Shown here one piece after another: positions 48,280 through 59,819 of a DNA stretch of 64,000 nt. The notes beneath the pieces are model-generated. The model was not told the origin of the DNA and made no database searches. It was given only the letters and a program-made list of their open reading frames with translations. Position 1 is the stretch's first letter, and each line of letters starts with the position of its first letter. Position numbers and translations under genes: made by a program. The stretch lies in NCBI GenBank assembly GCA_021814145.1, contig JAKAIY010000001.1, positions 18,094-82,093 of the forward strand, given 5' to 3'. Source of the stretch: Chloroflexota bacterium. Its GTDB lineage: Bacteria; Chloroflexota; Ktedonobacteria; Ktedonobacterales; JADMIN01.

Positions 48280-49971
48280 ATGGCCGATGACGATGAGCGA
48301 AACAACGGCGATGGCGCGACACCATCGCAAGAACCCGTTGATCTGAGCTCTCGACGGCAGCAACGTCAGCGCGAGCGCGCTGGAGACGATTTCGGAAGCG
48401 CCTCCCACGCCAGATGGAGTGGCGAAGATTACTGGAGCGACAGCGCTGACGAACTGGAGGAGCAGGCGCGTGAGATGGTGCGCGCCATTCGCGAGAACGC
48501 TGGCGAGCTGGGCGAGCGTGTGCGGCAGGCTGTCGCGCATGCGCGCGAATTGTGGGAAGAATCCGCGGGCGTGGACAAGCCAATCTTCGATGACCCCCAT
48601 CCCGATGAGCCACGCGCCCGCGCGTTGATGCGCCGTTGGGTCAAGCGCGACTTCCTGGTGGACCCCGACCTGCCCACTTCGATGTCGGTCATCGCCTTGC
48701 GCGATTCGGAAGTCTGGCGTGTCGAGTTGCGCGAGCGCGGCGAGACCCGCTCGCTCGCCGAATCCATTGACCCCTACACCGGCGTTCGCCCGCCAGAGCC
48801 TGGGCCTATTCTGCCCCTCTGGGATTACTCCTTCCCCGCCGCGCCCGACATCGAGGCCGGCGAGCGCCGTGAGCGGCTCGCCGGTGGCGCTATGCTCGGA
48901 ACCTGTGAGCGCTGTCATGGATCTGGCAGGCGCGCGTGTCCCCATTGCGCGGGCAAGGGCTTTGTCACCTGCCCGGAGTGCCGTGGCCGGGGCCGCAAAA
49001 TATGCCCGCGCTGCCGTGGCCGGGGCCGCATCGCCGACGCCGCCGCCGAGCGCCGCGCCCGCGCCGCCAAGAGTTACTTCCAGGTCCATGCCGAGCGGCT
49101 GGCGCAGAACGCTGTTGAGCGCCTCGCCGACCTCTCCGAGCGGCTCCGCCAGGACTACGGCGCGCCGCTTCCGCCTTCCGCGCAATGGGCGCCCACCGCT
49201 CCCGCCTCAGGTGAGACCATCCCGTGCCCTGACTGTAAGGAGGGAACCATCGCCTGCTCCTGTAATCAGGGGAAGCTTACCTGCCCGGTATGTCATGGAA
49301 CTGAGCTCGACACCTGCCCGGTGTGTCATGGCGCGGGCAAAGTCATCCGCTATCAGGAGATCGCGCGCCGCTTTGACACGCGCATCCGCACCCGCCTCGC
49401 GCCGCCTTCAGATCCAGCCGAAATCGTCGGGATCACCGAGAACATGTTGCGCAGCGTGGCTGGTGAAACCGTTTGGGAAGGTCCCGCCAGCGACCTGGAA
49501 GGCCCTCCGCCAGAAGGCGCGCCGTCCCATGTCTGGCAGGCCGCTCTGGAATTGAAGCGGATTGATGACGAGGAAAGCGCGCGCGCGCAGGCTACCCCCA
49601 GCCCCGCGGGCGAGCGGCGCGCGCTCTGGCGCCGCGCCACCCTCATGCGCGCGCCCATTACGCGCCTCGAATACGCCTATGCTGGCCGCGCCTACGAGGT
49701 CATCGCGATTGGCCGCAGCGGTGAGGAACGATTCTGGGCGGAGTCCTTCCCGCCGCGCTGGCACCGCGTCACGCGCTTCTTCCAGGCTGTCGCGCGCGAT
49801 CTCAATGGTGACGCCTTTCAGCGCCCGCGCGCCCGCTACACTGAGGAGCGCCCAACAATCGCGCGCATTCCGATAGAGACGGGCGACCAGGAGACGGACG
49901 CCCAGGCCCCAAGCGCCGTAAATGGCGCGGACGGCGTGAACCCGGCTTCAAGTGAGCGAGACCAGGAATAA
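48280..49971 (+). CDS. hypothetical protein with two DnaJ-CR-like zinc-finger modules (4 CxxC motifs each)
   Basis: CERCHGSGRRACPHCAGKGFVTCPECRGRGRKICPRCRGRG and CPDCKEGTIACSCNQGKLTCPVCHGTELDTCPVCHGAG. Acidic N-terminus. Start placed at ATG 48280 (GGGAGG upstream). The track ORF from 47953 overlaps the Bax1-like gene. Confidence 0.75.
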   Translation: MADDDERNNGDGATPSQEPVDLSSRRQQRQRERAGDDFGSASHARWSGEDYWSDSADELEEQAREMVRAIRENAGELGERVRQAVAHARELWEESAGVDKPIFDDPHPDEPRARALMRRWVKRDFLVDPDLPTSMSVIALRDSEVWRVELRERGETRSLAESIDPYTGVRPPEPGPILPLWDYSFPAAPDIEAGERRERLAGGAMLGTCERCHGSGRRACPHCAGKGFVTCPECRGRGRKICPRCRGRGRIADAAAERRARAAKSYFQVHAERLAQNAVERLADLSERLRQDYGAPLPPSAQWAPTAPASGETIPCPDCKEGTIACSCNQGKLTCPVCHGTELDTCPVCHGAGKVIRYQEIARRFDTRIRTRLAPPSDPAEIVGITENMLRSVAGETVWEGPASDLEGPPPEGAPSHVWQAALELKRIDDEESARAQATPSPAGERRALWRRATLMRAPITRLEYAYAGRAYEVIAIGRSGEERFWAESFPPRWHRVTRFFQAVARDLNGDAFQRPRARYTEERPTIARIPIETGDQETDAQAPSAVNGADGVNPASSERDQE

Positions 49972-50003
49972 GGGCGGCGAACCCTTCGTGGCTGGCCCAC
50001 CAC

Positions 50004-51152
50004 GTGATACACTGCCCCCGCGCTCCCAGCGTCGCGATCTCTGGGGCGCCAGCCGGGAACGGGGCGAAAGCATTGACAGCGGCCAGCCATGAGAACGAGT
50101 TGACGGACCGGCGCGCTATCGCCTGGCGCCTGCTGCTGGACTGGTACGCCCGCGAGGGACGCTCCAGCCTGCCGTGGCGCCAGACGCGCGATCCCTATGC
50201 CATTCTCGTCTCCGAGGTCATGCTCCAGCAGACGCAGGTCGAGCGCGTTATCCCCAAATACCACGCTTTCCTGGAGCGTTTCCCGACCCTGGCGGCGCTC
50301 GCTGAGGCGCCTACCGCCGATGTCATCCGCGCCTGGGCCGGTCTGGGCTATAATATGCGCGCCGTCCGGCTGCAACGGGTCGCGCGGCAGGCTGTGAGCG
50401 GCTATGGTGGCGCCTTGCCCGCCAGTTTGGCTGATCTGCTCACGCTCACTGGCATAGGCCGCTATACTGCGGGAGCGGTGGCCTGTTTCGCCTATGGCCA
50501 GCAGATAGCCACTGTAGACACGAATATCCGGCGCACGCTCTGGCGGCTTTTTCGCGGCGTCGAGCCTGCCGAATGGCCCGCCCGGGCCAGCCGCGAGGCG
50601 CTGACGCTCGCGGAGTGGGCGCTGCCGGAGGGCCAGGCCTACGACTGGCAGCAGGCGCTGATGGATCTTGGCGCCACCATCTGTGTCGCGCGCCGTCCCG
50701 CATGCGAGCGCTGCCCGCTGACCAGCGCCTGCGCCGCCTGGAACGAGGCGGGCGCTGTGGCGCTTTTCCCGTCAGGCGAGGCTATCGCTCGCCTGCGCGA
50801 TGAACGTGGGCGGAGCGCCCGCGCGCTGTCCGCATCCCCACCGGGCGCGGTCGCTGAATCATCCGCGCCGTATGATGCGCGGCCTGCGCGTCCGCGCCGC
50901 GCGCCACGCCCATTCGCTGGCGGGACGCGCTACTATCGGGGGCGCATCGTCCATGCGCTGCGCGAGGCGCCGACAGAGGCGCCACTCACCTTGCCAGAAC
51001 TTGGCGCGCGTGTAAAAAATACGTACACTGAGTCCGATGAGCCATGGCTGCGCGCGCTGGTGGAGGGTCTGGCGCGTGATGGCCTGGCCCGCATCATTCC
51101 ACCCGACGGCGCCATCCCGCCAGCGAACGCGACGCGAGTGACGCTGCCCTGA
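50004..51152 (+). CDS. mutY: A/G-specific adenine DNA glycosylase
   Basis: LPWRQTRDPYAILVSEVMLQQTQVERV, AGLGYNMRA, LTGIGRYTAGAV (HhH-GPD) and the Fe-S loop CVARRPACERCPLTSAC. Start codon uncertain. Confidence 0.9.
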   Translation: MIHCPRAPSVAISGAPAGNGAKALTAASHENELTDRRAIAWRLLLDWYAREGRSSLPWRQTRDPYAILVSEVMLQQTQVERVIPKYHAFLERFPTLAALAEAPTADVIRAWAGLGYNMRAVRLQRVARQAVSGYGGALPASLADLLTLTGIGRYTAGAVACFAYGQQIATVDTNIRRTLWRLFRGVEPAEWPARASREALTLAEWALPEGQAYDWQQALMDLGATICVARRPACERCPLTSACAAWNEAGAVALFPSGEAIARLRDERGRSARALSASPPGAVAESSAPYDARPARPRRAPRPFAGGTRYYRGRIVHALREAPTEAPLTLPELGARVKNTYTESDEPWLRALVEGLARDGLARIIPPDGAIPPANATRVTLP

Positions 51153-51201
51153 GCGTTCACGCGCCTGAGATGTGGCTCTGCGGCCAGGGAAATATCATAT
51201 C

Positions 51202-51594
51202 ATGACAGATACGCCGGGCAACCCGGGTGAGAATGAGCCGCCACCCGATATGGCGGATATGACGCTAGCCAGCGCCCAACGCGCGGTGGGCGACTCGATC
51301 ATGGCGCTCGGCGGCTACTGGCCGCCGCTGTCCAATCTCGCCCGGCTCTTTGAGGAGTGCGGCGAGCTGGCCCGCGTTATCAACCAGACCCACGGCCCCA
51401 AGCGCGTCAAGCCGGACGAGCGGCGAAGTGAGCTGGAGGAGGAACTAGGTGACGCGCTCTATACCTTGCTGGTTCTTGCCAATAGCCTCGATGTGGACGC
51501 CAGCGCCGCTTTGCGCCGGGCGCTGGCGAAGACGGCGGGACGCGCCCAGCCACCCGTCATATTTCCTGGCGCGCCCGCTGAGACTGATCTCTGA
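51202..51594 (+). CDS. MazG-like nucleotide pyrophosphohydrolase
   Basis: LFEECGELARVI...ELEEELGDALYTLLVLANSLDVD contains the EExxE...D MazG motif pattern. Confidence 0.75.
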   Translation: MTDTPGNPGENEPPPDMADMTLASAQRAVGDSIMALGGYWPPLSNLARLFEECGELARVINQTHGPKRVKPDERRSELEEELGDALYTLLVLANSLDVDASAALRRALAKTAGRAQPPVIFPGAPAETDL

Positions 51595-51636
51595 ACGCCT
51601 CAGCGAGCTTGCGATACCTGGAGGGAACACATCTGT

Positions 51637-52155
51637 ATGACAGAGCCGCAGCCACCCGCATCCCCACCCGATGGGGCCGATGAGCGCATGCTGAACGACC
51701 GCAGCGGCTACCAGGCCTGCTTCGGCTGCGGCGCCCGCAATCCCGATGGCCTCCAGCTGCATTTCCACCGGACAGGCGAGGAGATTTGGGCCGAGCACAC
51801 CCCAGACGAGCGTTTCCAGGGCTTTCCTGGCGTTCTGCATGGCGGCGTCATCGCTACCATGCTCGATGAAACGCTCAGCCGGGCCGCCGTCTTTGCGGGC
51901 AAGTGGATGATGACCGCGCGGCTGGAGATACGCTATCGCCGGGCCGCGCCGGTTGGCCGTCCGCTGCGTGTCTCCGCGCGTCCTACCCGGGTGCGGGCGC
52001 GCATGGTGTCGGCGCGCGGCGAGGTGCGTCTGGCCGATGAGCCAGACGAGGTGCTGGCCGAGGCCGAGGGGGTTTTCCTCCCTGTCACGGCGGAGTATGA
52101 GCGCGAGATGACCAGTCAGCGGCCCGATCTGGCTGGATTCTTCGAGCGCGAGTGA
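51637..52155 (+). CDS. PaaI-family hotdog-fold thioesterase
   Basis: GFPGVLHGGVIATMLDETLSRA is typical of the PaaI/4HBT family. Confidence 0.8.
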   Translation: MTEPQPPASPPDGADERMLNDRSGYQACFGCGARNPDGLQLHFHRTGEEIWAEHTPDERFQGFPGVLHGGVIATMLDETLSRAAVFAGKWMMTARLEIRYRRAAPVGRPLRVSARPTRVRARMVSARGEVRLADEPDEVLAEAEGVFLPVTAEYEREMTSQRPDLAGFFERE

Positions 52156-52189
52156 GTGTCACGCGACTACAGAGCGGCAAGAGAGGTAC

Positions 52190-53023
52190 ATGAGACCGAT
52201 GGCGACTGACAATCTTCCCCACAGCGCGCCCCCATCCATCGAGCGCGTCGAGATCGGCGCCCACAACGTTCCCGCATTGTTTGTCAGGCCACGCGATGTG
52301 GCGCCTGGGGATGGGGCGCCCGCCGTATTGATCCAACATGGCTACGGCGCCGAGAAGGCTGACCTGCTGCCCCTGGCCAGCCTGCTCGTCTCCTACGGTT
52401 TTATCGCTCTGCTGCCTGACGCCTGGGGGCATGGGGAGCGATTCCCCGCCACTGGTCCTAACTGGATGACCCAGATTTCAGCGGACTACTTTATCGAGGT
52501 CGTCCGGAACACCGTGGATGACATGCGCGACGCGCTCACCTGGCTGACGGCGGCCCCAGGCGCCCGCGCCGACCAGCTCGTTGTCGGCGGCTTCTCGATG
52601 GGCGCCATCGCGTCGCTCGTTGTCGGCTCTGAGGACGAGCGGGTCGCCGGCCTGATCGCCGCCTCCGGGGCGCCGCTGCCCGACCTGCTTCCCGTGCGCC
52701 TCTTTGGCTCAACACCTCCCAGCGAAGAGTCGGCGGCCTGGGCGTTCGCGCACGACGCCGCCGCCAATATTGGCCGTCTGGCGCCCAGGCCGCTGCTCAT
52801 CCAGCACGGGCGCGCGGATGACATGGTGCCGGTCTCTGGCGCGCTCCGGCTCTACGAAGCCGCCCAGCCGCACTACGCCGAAAATCCTGACAACCTCAAG
52901 CTCATGCTCTATTCCCACACCCATCTCGTCTCCGAGCAGCAGATGCATGACGCGGTCGCGTGGAGTGTCGCGCGCTTCCACGGGGGCTATCCAGCGGAGG
53001 ATGTGGAAGAGCAGGCGTCGTAG
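52190..53023 (+). CDS. alpha/beta hydrolase (dienelactone hydrolase / peptidase S9-like)
   Basis: Nucleophile elbow GGFSMGA, HG oxyanion motif VLIQHGYG, and C-terminal GRADDMVP ... HTH. Confidence 0.8.
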   Translation: MRPMATDNLPHSAPPSIERVEIGAHNVPALFVRPRDVAPGDGAPAVLIQHGYGAEKADLLPLASLLVSYGFIALLPDAWGHGERFPATGPNWMTQISADYFIEVVRNTVDDMRDALTWLTAAPGARADQLVVGGFSMGAIASLVVGSEDERVAGLIAASGAPLPDLLPVRLFGSTPPSEESAAWAFAHDAAANIGRLAPRPLLIQHGRADDMVPVSGALRLYEAAQPHYAENPDNLKLMLYSHTHLVSEQQMHDAVAWSVARFHGGYPAEDVEEQAS

Positions 53024-53133
53024 CCGTCACGTCCAGTCCGCGTTATCCCCGTCCGCGCCACGCCGTTGTACACTGCGGCGAGGCGTCAATTCCTGACGCC
53101 TCGCGGTAGACGAATCTCAGGAGGACGATTCCG

Positions 53134-54186
53134 GTGGCGATGACGGCTGAGGCGCGCGTCATGGTGGCGACCGACCAGCGCCAGTGGAACGACGCGGTCA
53201 ACGCCGCGCCCCGCGCGGACTTGCTGCAAAGCTGGGAGTGGGGCGAGTTCAAGCGCCTGGGCGGGTGGTCGCCGCTGCGGCTGATTGTGGCCGATGGCGA
53301 TACGCCGGTGGCTGGCGCGCAGCTGCTCTCGCGGCGGGTCATGGGCGCGCCCTCGCTTTACGCCCCGCGCGGTCCCTGGTGGCATGATGATGAGCGCGGG
53401 CTGGTCGGGCTGGAGACGCTCATCGCCTGGCTTCGCCGTGAGCGTCCATCTGGCGCGCCATTCTTGCGCGCCGATCCGCTGATCGTTGATCAGGAGCCGC
53501 TGGCCGCGCTGGGATTCCGTCCCGCTCCCCGCCAGATTCAGCCGCGCGCGACTATCGTCATAGACCTCACGCCGGACGACGAGGCGATTCTGGCCGCCTT
53601 CAATTCGCGCGTGCGCTACAATGTTCGCCATGCGCAGAAGAAAGGCGTCGAAGTCAGCGAGGGCGGCGTTGAGGACGCGCGCCCGTTTTGGGAGTTGCTC
53701 AACGCCACGGCTGCGCGCAAGGGCTTTGTCGAGCGCGACCTCAACTACTTTACCCAGCTCATGGAGATTTTCGCTGAGAACGCCCGCATCTTCCTCGCAC
53801 GCTACGAGGGGAAGATTGTCTATGGCGCGCTGATCGTCGTCTCTGGCCGGAACGCCTACTATCTTTATGGCGGCTCCGGCGGCGACCGCACGGTCAAGCC
53901 CTCCGAGTTGGGGCAGTATCGCGCGATGCTCTGGGCCAGGCGACGCGGCGCGAGACGCTATGATATGTGGGGCATTCCGTTCACGCCAGAGCCAGACAAT
54001 CCGCTCTATACTGTCTATACATTCAAGAGCGGCTTTGGTGGGCAAGAGGTCCGTTACGCTGGAGCGCTGGATCTGCCACTTGCCCCGATCATTGGCGCCC
54101 AGGCTCCCGCGCTCGAGGCGCTGGCGCTCAAGTCGCTCTCCTTCGCCAGGGGGCGCGGCTTCCGCATCGAAGATCACCTGGCCTGA
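53134..54186 (+). CDS. FemAB-family aminoacyl-tRNA-dependent peptidyltransferase-like protein
   Basis: DLLQSWEWGEFKRLGGWSPLRL, FNSRVRYNVRHAQKKGV and YYLYGGS...KPSELGQYRAMLWARRRGARRYDMWG fit the FemAB family pattern. The antisense ORF 53086..54177 is rejected. Confidence 0.8.
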   Translation: MAMTAEARVMVATDQRQWNDAVNAAPRADLLQSWEWGEFKRLGGWSPLRLIVADGDTPVAGAQLLSRRVMGAPSLYAPRGPWWHDDERGLVGLETLIAWLRRERPSGAPFLRADPLIVDQEPLAALGFRPAPRQIQPRATIVIDLTPDDEAILAAFNSRVRYNVRHAQKKGVEVSEGGVEDARPFWELLNATAARKGFVERDLNYFTQLMEIFAENARIFLARYEGKIVYGALIVVSGRNAYYLYGGSGGDRTVKPSELGQYRAMLWARRRGARRYDMWGIPFTPEPDNPLYTVYTFKSGFGGQEVRYAGALDLPLAPIIGAQAPALEALALKSLSFARGRGFRIEDHLA

Positions 54187-54307
54187 ACCAGCCGCCTATC
54201 GCCGTTACCGCGCCCAACATGCGCGCGTTTGCCACAAATAAAGGGCCTGTGGGTCATTTGTGCGCACAACCTGCCTGAATGAGAGGCCGCGCGGTGGGAG
54301 AGACCCA

Positions 54308-55468
54308 GTGACACATATCGCGATCAATGCTCAGCTCGTCTCGTTCGCCAGCTCCTACCGCAACGCCGGCGTCAGCCGTTACACCTACACGTTGCTCGAA
54401 GCCCTGAGCCGTGTAGATGATGATCTGACCTGCACTGCCTTTATCAACGCCCAGGAAGCGATCCCCGCCGCCGCCAGCCAGCTTGGCAAGAGCCCGCGCA
54501 TACGCCTTGTTCCCTCGCGCTGGTCCACGTCCAGCGCCGCGCGCCGCATCCTGTGGGAGCAGCTCGATCTGCCCGGGCAGGCGCGCAGGTCGGGCGCGCA
54601 AGTGTTTCACGCGCCGGTCAATGTGCTGCCAGAGCGGATGTCACTTCCTTCCATCGTCACCATTCACGATCTGGCGTTTGTACGCTACCCTGAATTTTTC
54701 AAACCCTCACGCCGCATATACCAGCGCATCTTTACCGAGCGCAGCGCGCGTCGCGCTGCGGCTATCATCGCAGACTCCGAGGCGACACGCCAGGACATCA
54801 TCTCCACGTTCCACATTTCGCCCAATCGCGTGCGCGTGATTTATCCAAGCGTCAGCCCTGATTTCCGGCCAGAGCCTGATCCTGCCCGGCTTGCCGCTTT
54901 CCGCGCGCGCCACAATCTGCCGCCGCGCTACCTGCTCTACATGGGCACCCTGGAGCCGCGCAAAAACCTCGTCACCCTGGTTGAGGCATACGCCCAGATG
55001 CTTTCTGGGGACCCCTCTACTCCGCCACTGATCCTGGCCGGCGCGAAAGGCTGGTACTACCAGCCGCTCTACGAGCGCGTGCGCGCTCTTGGCCTGGAGC
55101 GGAATGTGACCTTTGCGGGATATGTATCGCGTGAAGAGCAGGCGCTGTGGTACGCTGGCGCTGCGCTGTTCCTGTATCCGTCGCTCTACGAAGGGTTTGG
55201 GCTGCCGGTTGTTGAGGCGCTGGCCTGCGGTATCCCCACGATCACCTCAACTGTCTCCAGCCTGCCGGAGGCGGGCGGCCCAGTCGCGCTTCAGACGCCG
55301 CCTGATGACGCGCGCGCGCTGGCACGAGCGATGCGAGACGCGATAGCCGACCCTGCGCTTCCAGACCGCGTCCGCGTCGAGGGACCACGATGGACGCGAC
55401 GCTTCTCGCCGGAGCAGATGGCCTGGCAATACGTCAATATGTACGCGGCGGTGGCAGGCGGCGCATGA
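54308..55468 (+). CDS. glycosyltransferase family 4
   Basis: GTLEPRKN...LFLYPSLYEGFGLPVVEALACGIPTITS is the GT4 EX7E region. GTG start at 54308 with GGGAGAG upstream. Confidence 0.85.
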   Translation: MTHIAINAQLVSFASSYRNAGVSRYTYTLLEALSRVDDDLTCTAFINAQEAIPAAASQLGKSPRIRLVPSRWSTSSAARRILWEQLDLPGQARRSGAQVFHAPVNVLPERMSLPSIVTIHDLAFVRYPEFFKPSRRIYQRIFTERSARRAAAIIADSEATRQDIISTFHISPNRVRVIYPSVSPDFRPEPDPARLAAFRARHNLPPRYLLYMGTLEPRKNLVTLVEAYAQMLSGDPSTPPLILAGAKGWYYQPLYERVRALGLERNVTFAGYVSREEQALWYAGAALFLYPSLYEGFGLPVVEALACGIPTITSTVSSLPEAGGPVALQTPPDDARALARAMRDAIADPALPDRVRVEGPRWTRRFSPEQMAWQYVNMYAAVAGGA

Positions 55469-55581
55469 ATCGCGAGCGCCGGCTTCCCGCGCGGGGTGGC
55501 CAGCTCCATCGGGACACCCGGTTGGGCTGCCCGAATGAACGAACAAACGAATGATAGTAGCAATATTCAGGAGAGTGTGTA

Positions 55582-57159
55582 ATGGATGTCGGTGAGCAGC
55601 GTGTCGGGGGGAAATACGCGCACGCGCAGACAGCTTCGCCCGTGACATCCAGCCATGCCTGGCCCGTTCCCGCCGCCCAGCCCGTCCTGCCTATTTACAG
55701 CGTGGACGAGCGGCTCCGTCGCCGCAAAATACGCTCGCTGATGGGCCGGGGATCGCTGTTCCTGCTCGATGCCGCCGCCATCAACGCTTCTTTTTACATC
55801 GCGTATTACTTCCGTTTCGTGTTCCTCAATGATGTGCGCTTTACCACACCATTCCTGTATCAACCGTTCACCAATTTCCTCTGGATTGAGATCATTGGCA
55901 CTATTGGGCTTTTGCTGGCCTTCGCGCTGAAAGGATTGTACCGTCTTCGCACCGCCGGGACCTGGTTTCGCCAGGCGTGGATCATCACATCCGCGACGAC
56001 GATCTCTTTCGCCGTATTCACCGCGTATGAATATACCTTCCAGCGAACTGATATCTTCGTCGAGAACGCGCGCGCGCTGGTGACACTGACCTGGATAGCG
56101 GTCATTGCGGTGGTGGGGCTATTGCGATTGCTGGTCGCGGGCATGCTCGTCCTGCTGTACCGGCGCGGCATCAACCTTACCCCGGTGCTGGTGGTTGGCT
56201 CCAGCAAGCTCGGAAAGCTGATGATGCAGCAGGTGGCCGCCTCGCCCACTCTCGGCTATCACATCGTCGGGTTCGTCTGTGATGAGAATGATCCCCCCGA
56301 AGATTTCGGGCGTTTCCCCTGCCTTGGCGACATGCGTGATCTCGACGCGGCGCTGCGCGAGAATCACATTGAGCAGGTTATTATCGCTCTCCCGTCGCAC
56401 CAGCATGAGCGGATACTGAGCGCGGTCAACGTCTGCGAGCGCGCGGGCGCCGATTTCCGTCTTGTGCCTGACCTGTATGAGCTGAGCCTCTCGCGCATTG
56501 ACGTGGACGCGCTCGAAGGCATTCCGCTCATCGGCTTGCGCCGCAGCCTCACCAACTCGATCCAGTACCGCATCAAGCGCCTCATAGATGTTACGGGCGC
56601 GCTCGTCATTTTACTTCTCGGCCTGCCCATCTGGCTGTTGATCGCACTGGCGATCAAGCTCGACTCCCCCGGCCCTGTGTTCTATACCCAAACGCGCCTT
56701 GGCTATCGCGGCCAGCCATTCTCCTTTCTCAAATTCCGCTCGATGCGTGTGAACGCTGACCAATTGCTCAGTCAGGTGCTCACCAACGAAAAGGGTGAGG
56801 ATAAAGGCAAGGTGAAGGCGAAGGATGACCCGCGCCGCACGCGCGTAGGCAAGCTCATTCGCCGGACCAGCCTGGATGAAATCCCCCAGTTGATCAACGT
56901 ACTGCGCGGTGATATGAGCCTGATCGGTCCGCGTCCGATGCCTGCCCGCATTGAGAACTACGAGGACTGGGAGCGGGCGCGCTTCGAGATGCTGCCCGGC
57001 ATGACCGGCCTCTGGCAGGTGCGCGGTCGCAGCGATCTCGACTACGACGAAATGGTGCTCATGGACATCTACTATATCGAGAACTGGAGCCTGAATCTCG
57101 ATCTGCAGATCGCCTTGCGCACGCTTCCCGCTGTTCTTGGCAGCCAGGGCGCGTATTAG
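55582..57159 (+). CDS. polyprenyl-phosphate glycosyl-1-phosphate transferase (WbaP/exopolysaccharide priming enzyme)
   Basis: [57 protein letters not shown]...[21 protein letters not shown] is the bacterial sugar transferase domain, preceded by 4 to 5 TM helices. Confidence 0.9.
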   Translation: MDVGEQRVGGKYAHAQTASPVTSSHAWPVPAAQPVLPIYSVDERLRRRKIRSLMGRGSLFLLDAAAINASFYIAYYFRFVFLNDVRFTTPFLYQPFTNFLWIEIIGTIGLLLAFALKGLYRLRTAGTWFRQAWIITSATTISFAVFTAYEYTFQRTDIFVENARALVTLTWIAVIAVVGLLRLLVAGMLVLLYRRGINLTPVLVVGSSKLGKLMMQQVAASPTLGYHIVGFVCDENDPPEDFGRFPCLGDMRDLDAALRENHIEQVIIALPSHQHERILSAVNVCERAGADFRLVPDLYELSLSRIDVDALEGIPLIGLRRSLTNSIQYRIKRLIDVTGALVILLLGLPIWLLIALAIKLDSPGPVFYTQTRLGYRGQPFSFLKFRSMRVNADQLLSQVLTNEKGEDKGKVKAKDDPRRTRVGKLIRRTSLDEIPQLINVLRGDMSLIGPRPMPARIENYEDWERARFEMLPGMTGLWQVRGRSDLDYDEMVLMDIYYIENWSLNLDLQIALRTLPAVLGSQGAY

Positions 57160-57222
57160 CGATCCGGGACCCACGTTCGCGGGCTCAGCCTACCCCGCCC
57201 AGCGTCAGGAGAGTGACATACC

Positions 57223-58359
57223 ATGCGAGTCGCGCTTGTCCAGGACTGGCTTAATCAGATGGGAGGCGCGGAGAAGACCCTGCTCGTGATGGCGCGGGTC
57301 TTTCCCGGCGCGCCTATCTATACCAGCATCTACGCGCCATCGCGCCTGGACAAGGCGTTTCGCTCGCTGGACATACGCGCCAGTTTCATGCAGCGCCTGC
57401 CGTTCGTGACCCGGCGCCATCAGCAATATCTCCCGTTCTATCCGTTCGCGATGGAGAGCTTTGATCTGAGCGAATACGACGTGGTGGTGAGTGGGAGCAG
57501 CGCTTTCGCCAAGGGTGTCGTGACACGGCCCGAAACGCTGCACGTGTGCTACTGCTATACGCCAATGCGCTGGGCGTGGAGCTTCGAAGACTACATTCAG
57601 CGCGAGCGGGTGGGAAAGCTCACCCGTCTGGCGCTCTCACCATTCATCCACTGGTTGCGCCTCTGGGACTACGCCACCGCCGCGCGGGTAGACGCGTTCA
57701 TCGCGATCTCGCCTGTCGTCGCCGCGCGGATTGCCAAATACTACCGTCGCGACTCAGTGATCATTCCTCCTCCGGTAGATGTGAAGCGGTTCGCGGTTTC
57801 GACGCGCCGCGAAAACTATTTCCTGATTGTCTCGCGGCTCATTCCCTATAAGCGGATTGACCTCGCGGTGCGCGCCTGTTCCAAGCTGGGGTTGCCGCTG
57901 CGCATCGTCGGGAGCGGGCGCGATGAACAAAGCTTGCGCGCGCTGGCTGGCCCCACCGTCCAATTCCTCGGACGCCTGAGCGATGAGCAGGTGCGTGAGC
58001 AGCTCGCCGGATGCCGGGCGTTCATTTTCCCAGGCGAAGAAGACTTCGGCATCGCCCCCGTGGAAGCGCAGGCCTGTGGCAAACCGGTTATCGCCTATGC
58101 CGGTGGCGGCGCCCTCTCTACCGTGGTTGAAGGGGTAACCGGCCTCTTTTTCCGCGCGCAGACTGTGGAGTCGCTCGAAGACGCGCTTATGCGATTCCGC
58201 GATGAGATGTTTGATCCCTACACCATACGGCGCCATGCTGAGCAGTTCGATACCGCGCTCTTCGCCGAGCGGCTGGCGAGCTTTGTTTCCTCGCGCTACA
58301 ACGCTGGGCAGGCTGACGCGCGCGCTCCACAGTCAGGCGTTGGAGCGCGCCCCATGTAG
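57223..58359 (+). CDS. glycosyltransferase family 4
   Basis: AFIFPGEEDFGIAPVEAQACGKPVIAY (EX7E). AGGAGA RBS. Confidence 0.85.
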   Translation: MRVALVQDWLNQMGGAEKTLLVMARVFPGAPIYTSIYAPSRLDKAFRSLDIRASFMQRLPFVTRRHQQYLPFYPFAMESFDLSEYDVVVSGSSAFAKGVVTRPETLHVCYCYTPMRWAWSFEDYIQRERVGKLTRLALSPFIHWLRLWDYATAARVDAFIAISPVVAARIAKYYRRDSVIIPPPVDVKRFAVSTRRENYFLIVSRLIPYKRIDLAVRACSKLGLPLRIVGSGRDEQSLRALAGPTVQFLGRLSDEQVREQLAGCRAFIFPGEEDFGIAPVEAQACGKPVIAYAGGGALSTVVEGVTGLFFRAQTVESLEDALMRFRDEMFDPYTIRRHAEQFDTALFAERLASFVSSRYNAGQADARAPQSGVGARPM

Positions 58360-58608
58360 GGAACCCGCGCATGCGAACGCCTCAAAGCCAGTGGGAATGC
58401 CAGCCATCCCTGGGGCGATATGGTCCCGGCTGAACAGGCTATTGCCCGGGAAATATATTTGTCTCATGGGCTCCATGCGATACCATTGAGCGGTTCGGTC
58501 CTGATGAGGCGTGGTAGAATCGTGTATCATGCGCCACGGTGGAGTTGACCCGCTCCAGATGAAGGCTATCCGAATTCGGTATTCGAACGAATGCCGCACA
58601 GTACATGA

Positions 58609-59649
<1,041 letters not shown>

Positions 59650-59819
59650 CGCGGCGCGCTTCCCCGCATCCGTGGCGCCTGGCGCGCGCCTGAGCGCAGC
59701 CGCGCCGCAGCCGTTGAGGAGGATGTGAAGCCCGCGCCACCGCGCGCATCCCGGATGGCCGTGAGACGCATTGAGCGCGTTCGCCGCGCCCCGGTGGTGG
59801 AGCAAGAGAGCGATATACT

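Noticed and set aside
44975-49185. Long minus-strand ORFs (44975..46357, 46305..47117, 47232..48113, 48001..49185) opposite the XPB, Bax1-like and zinc-finger genes
   Set aside because: Same reasoning as above. The plus-strand genes carry helicase, nuclease and CxxC motifs and have RBS-linked starts. The minus-strand products are low-complexity R/A/G-rich.
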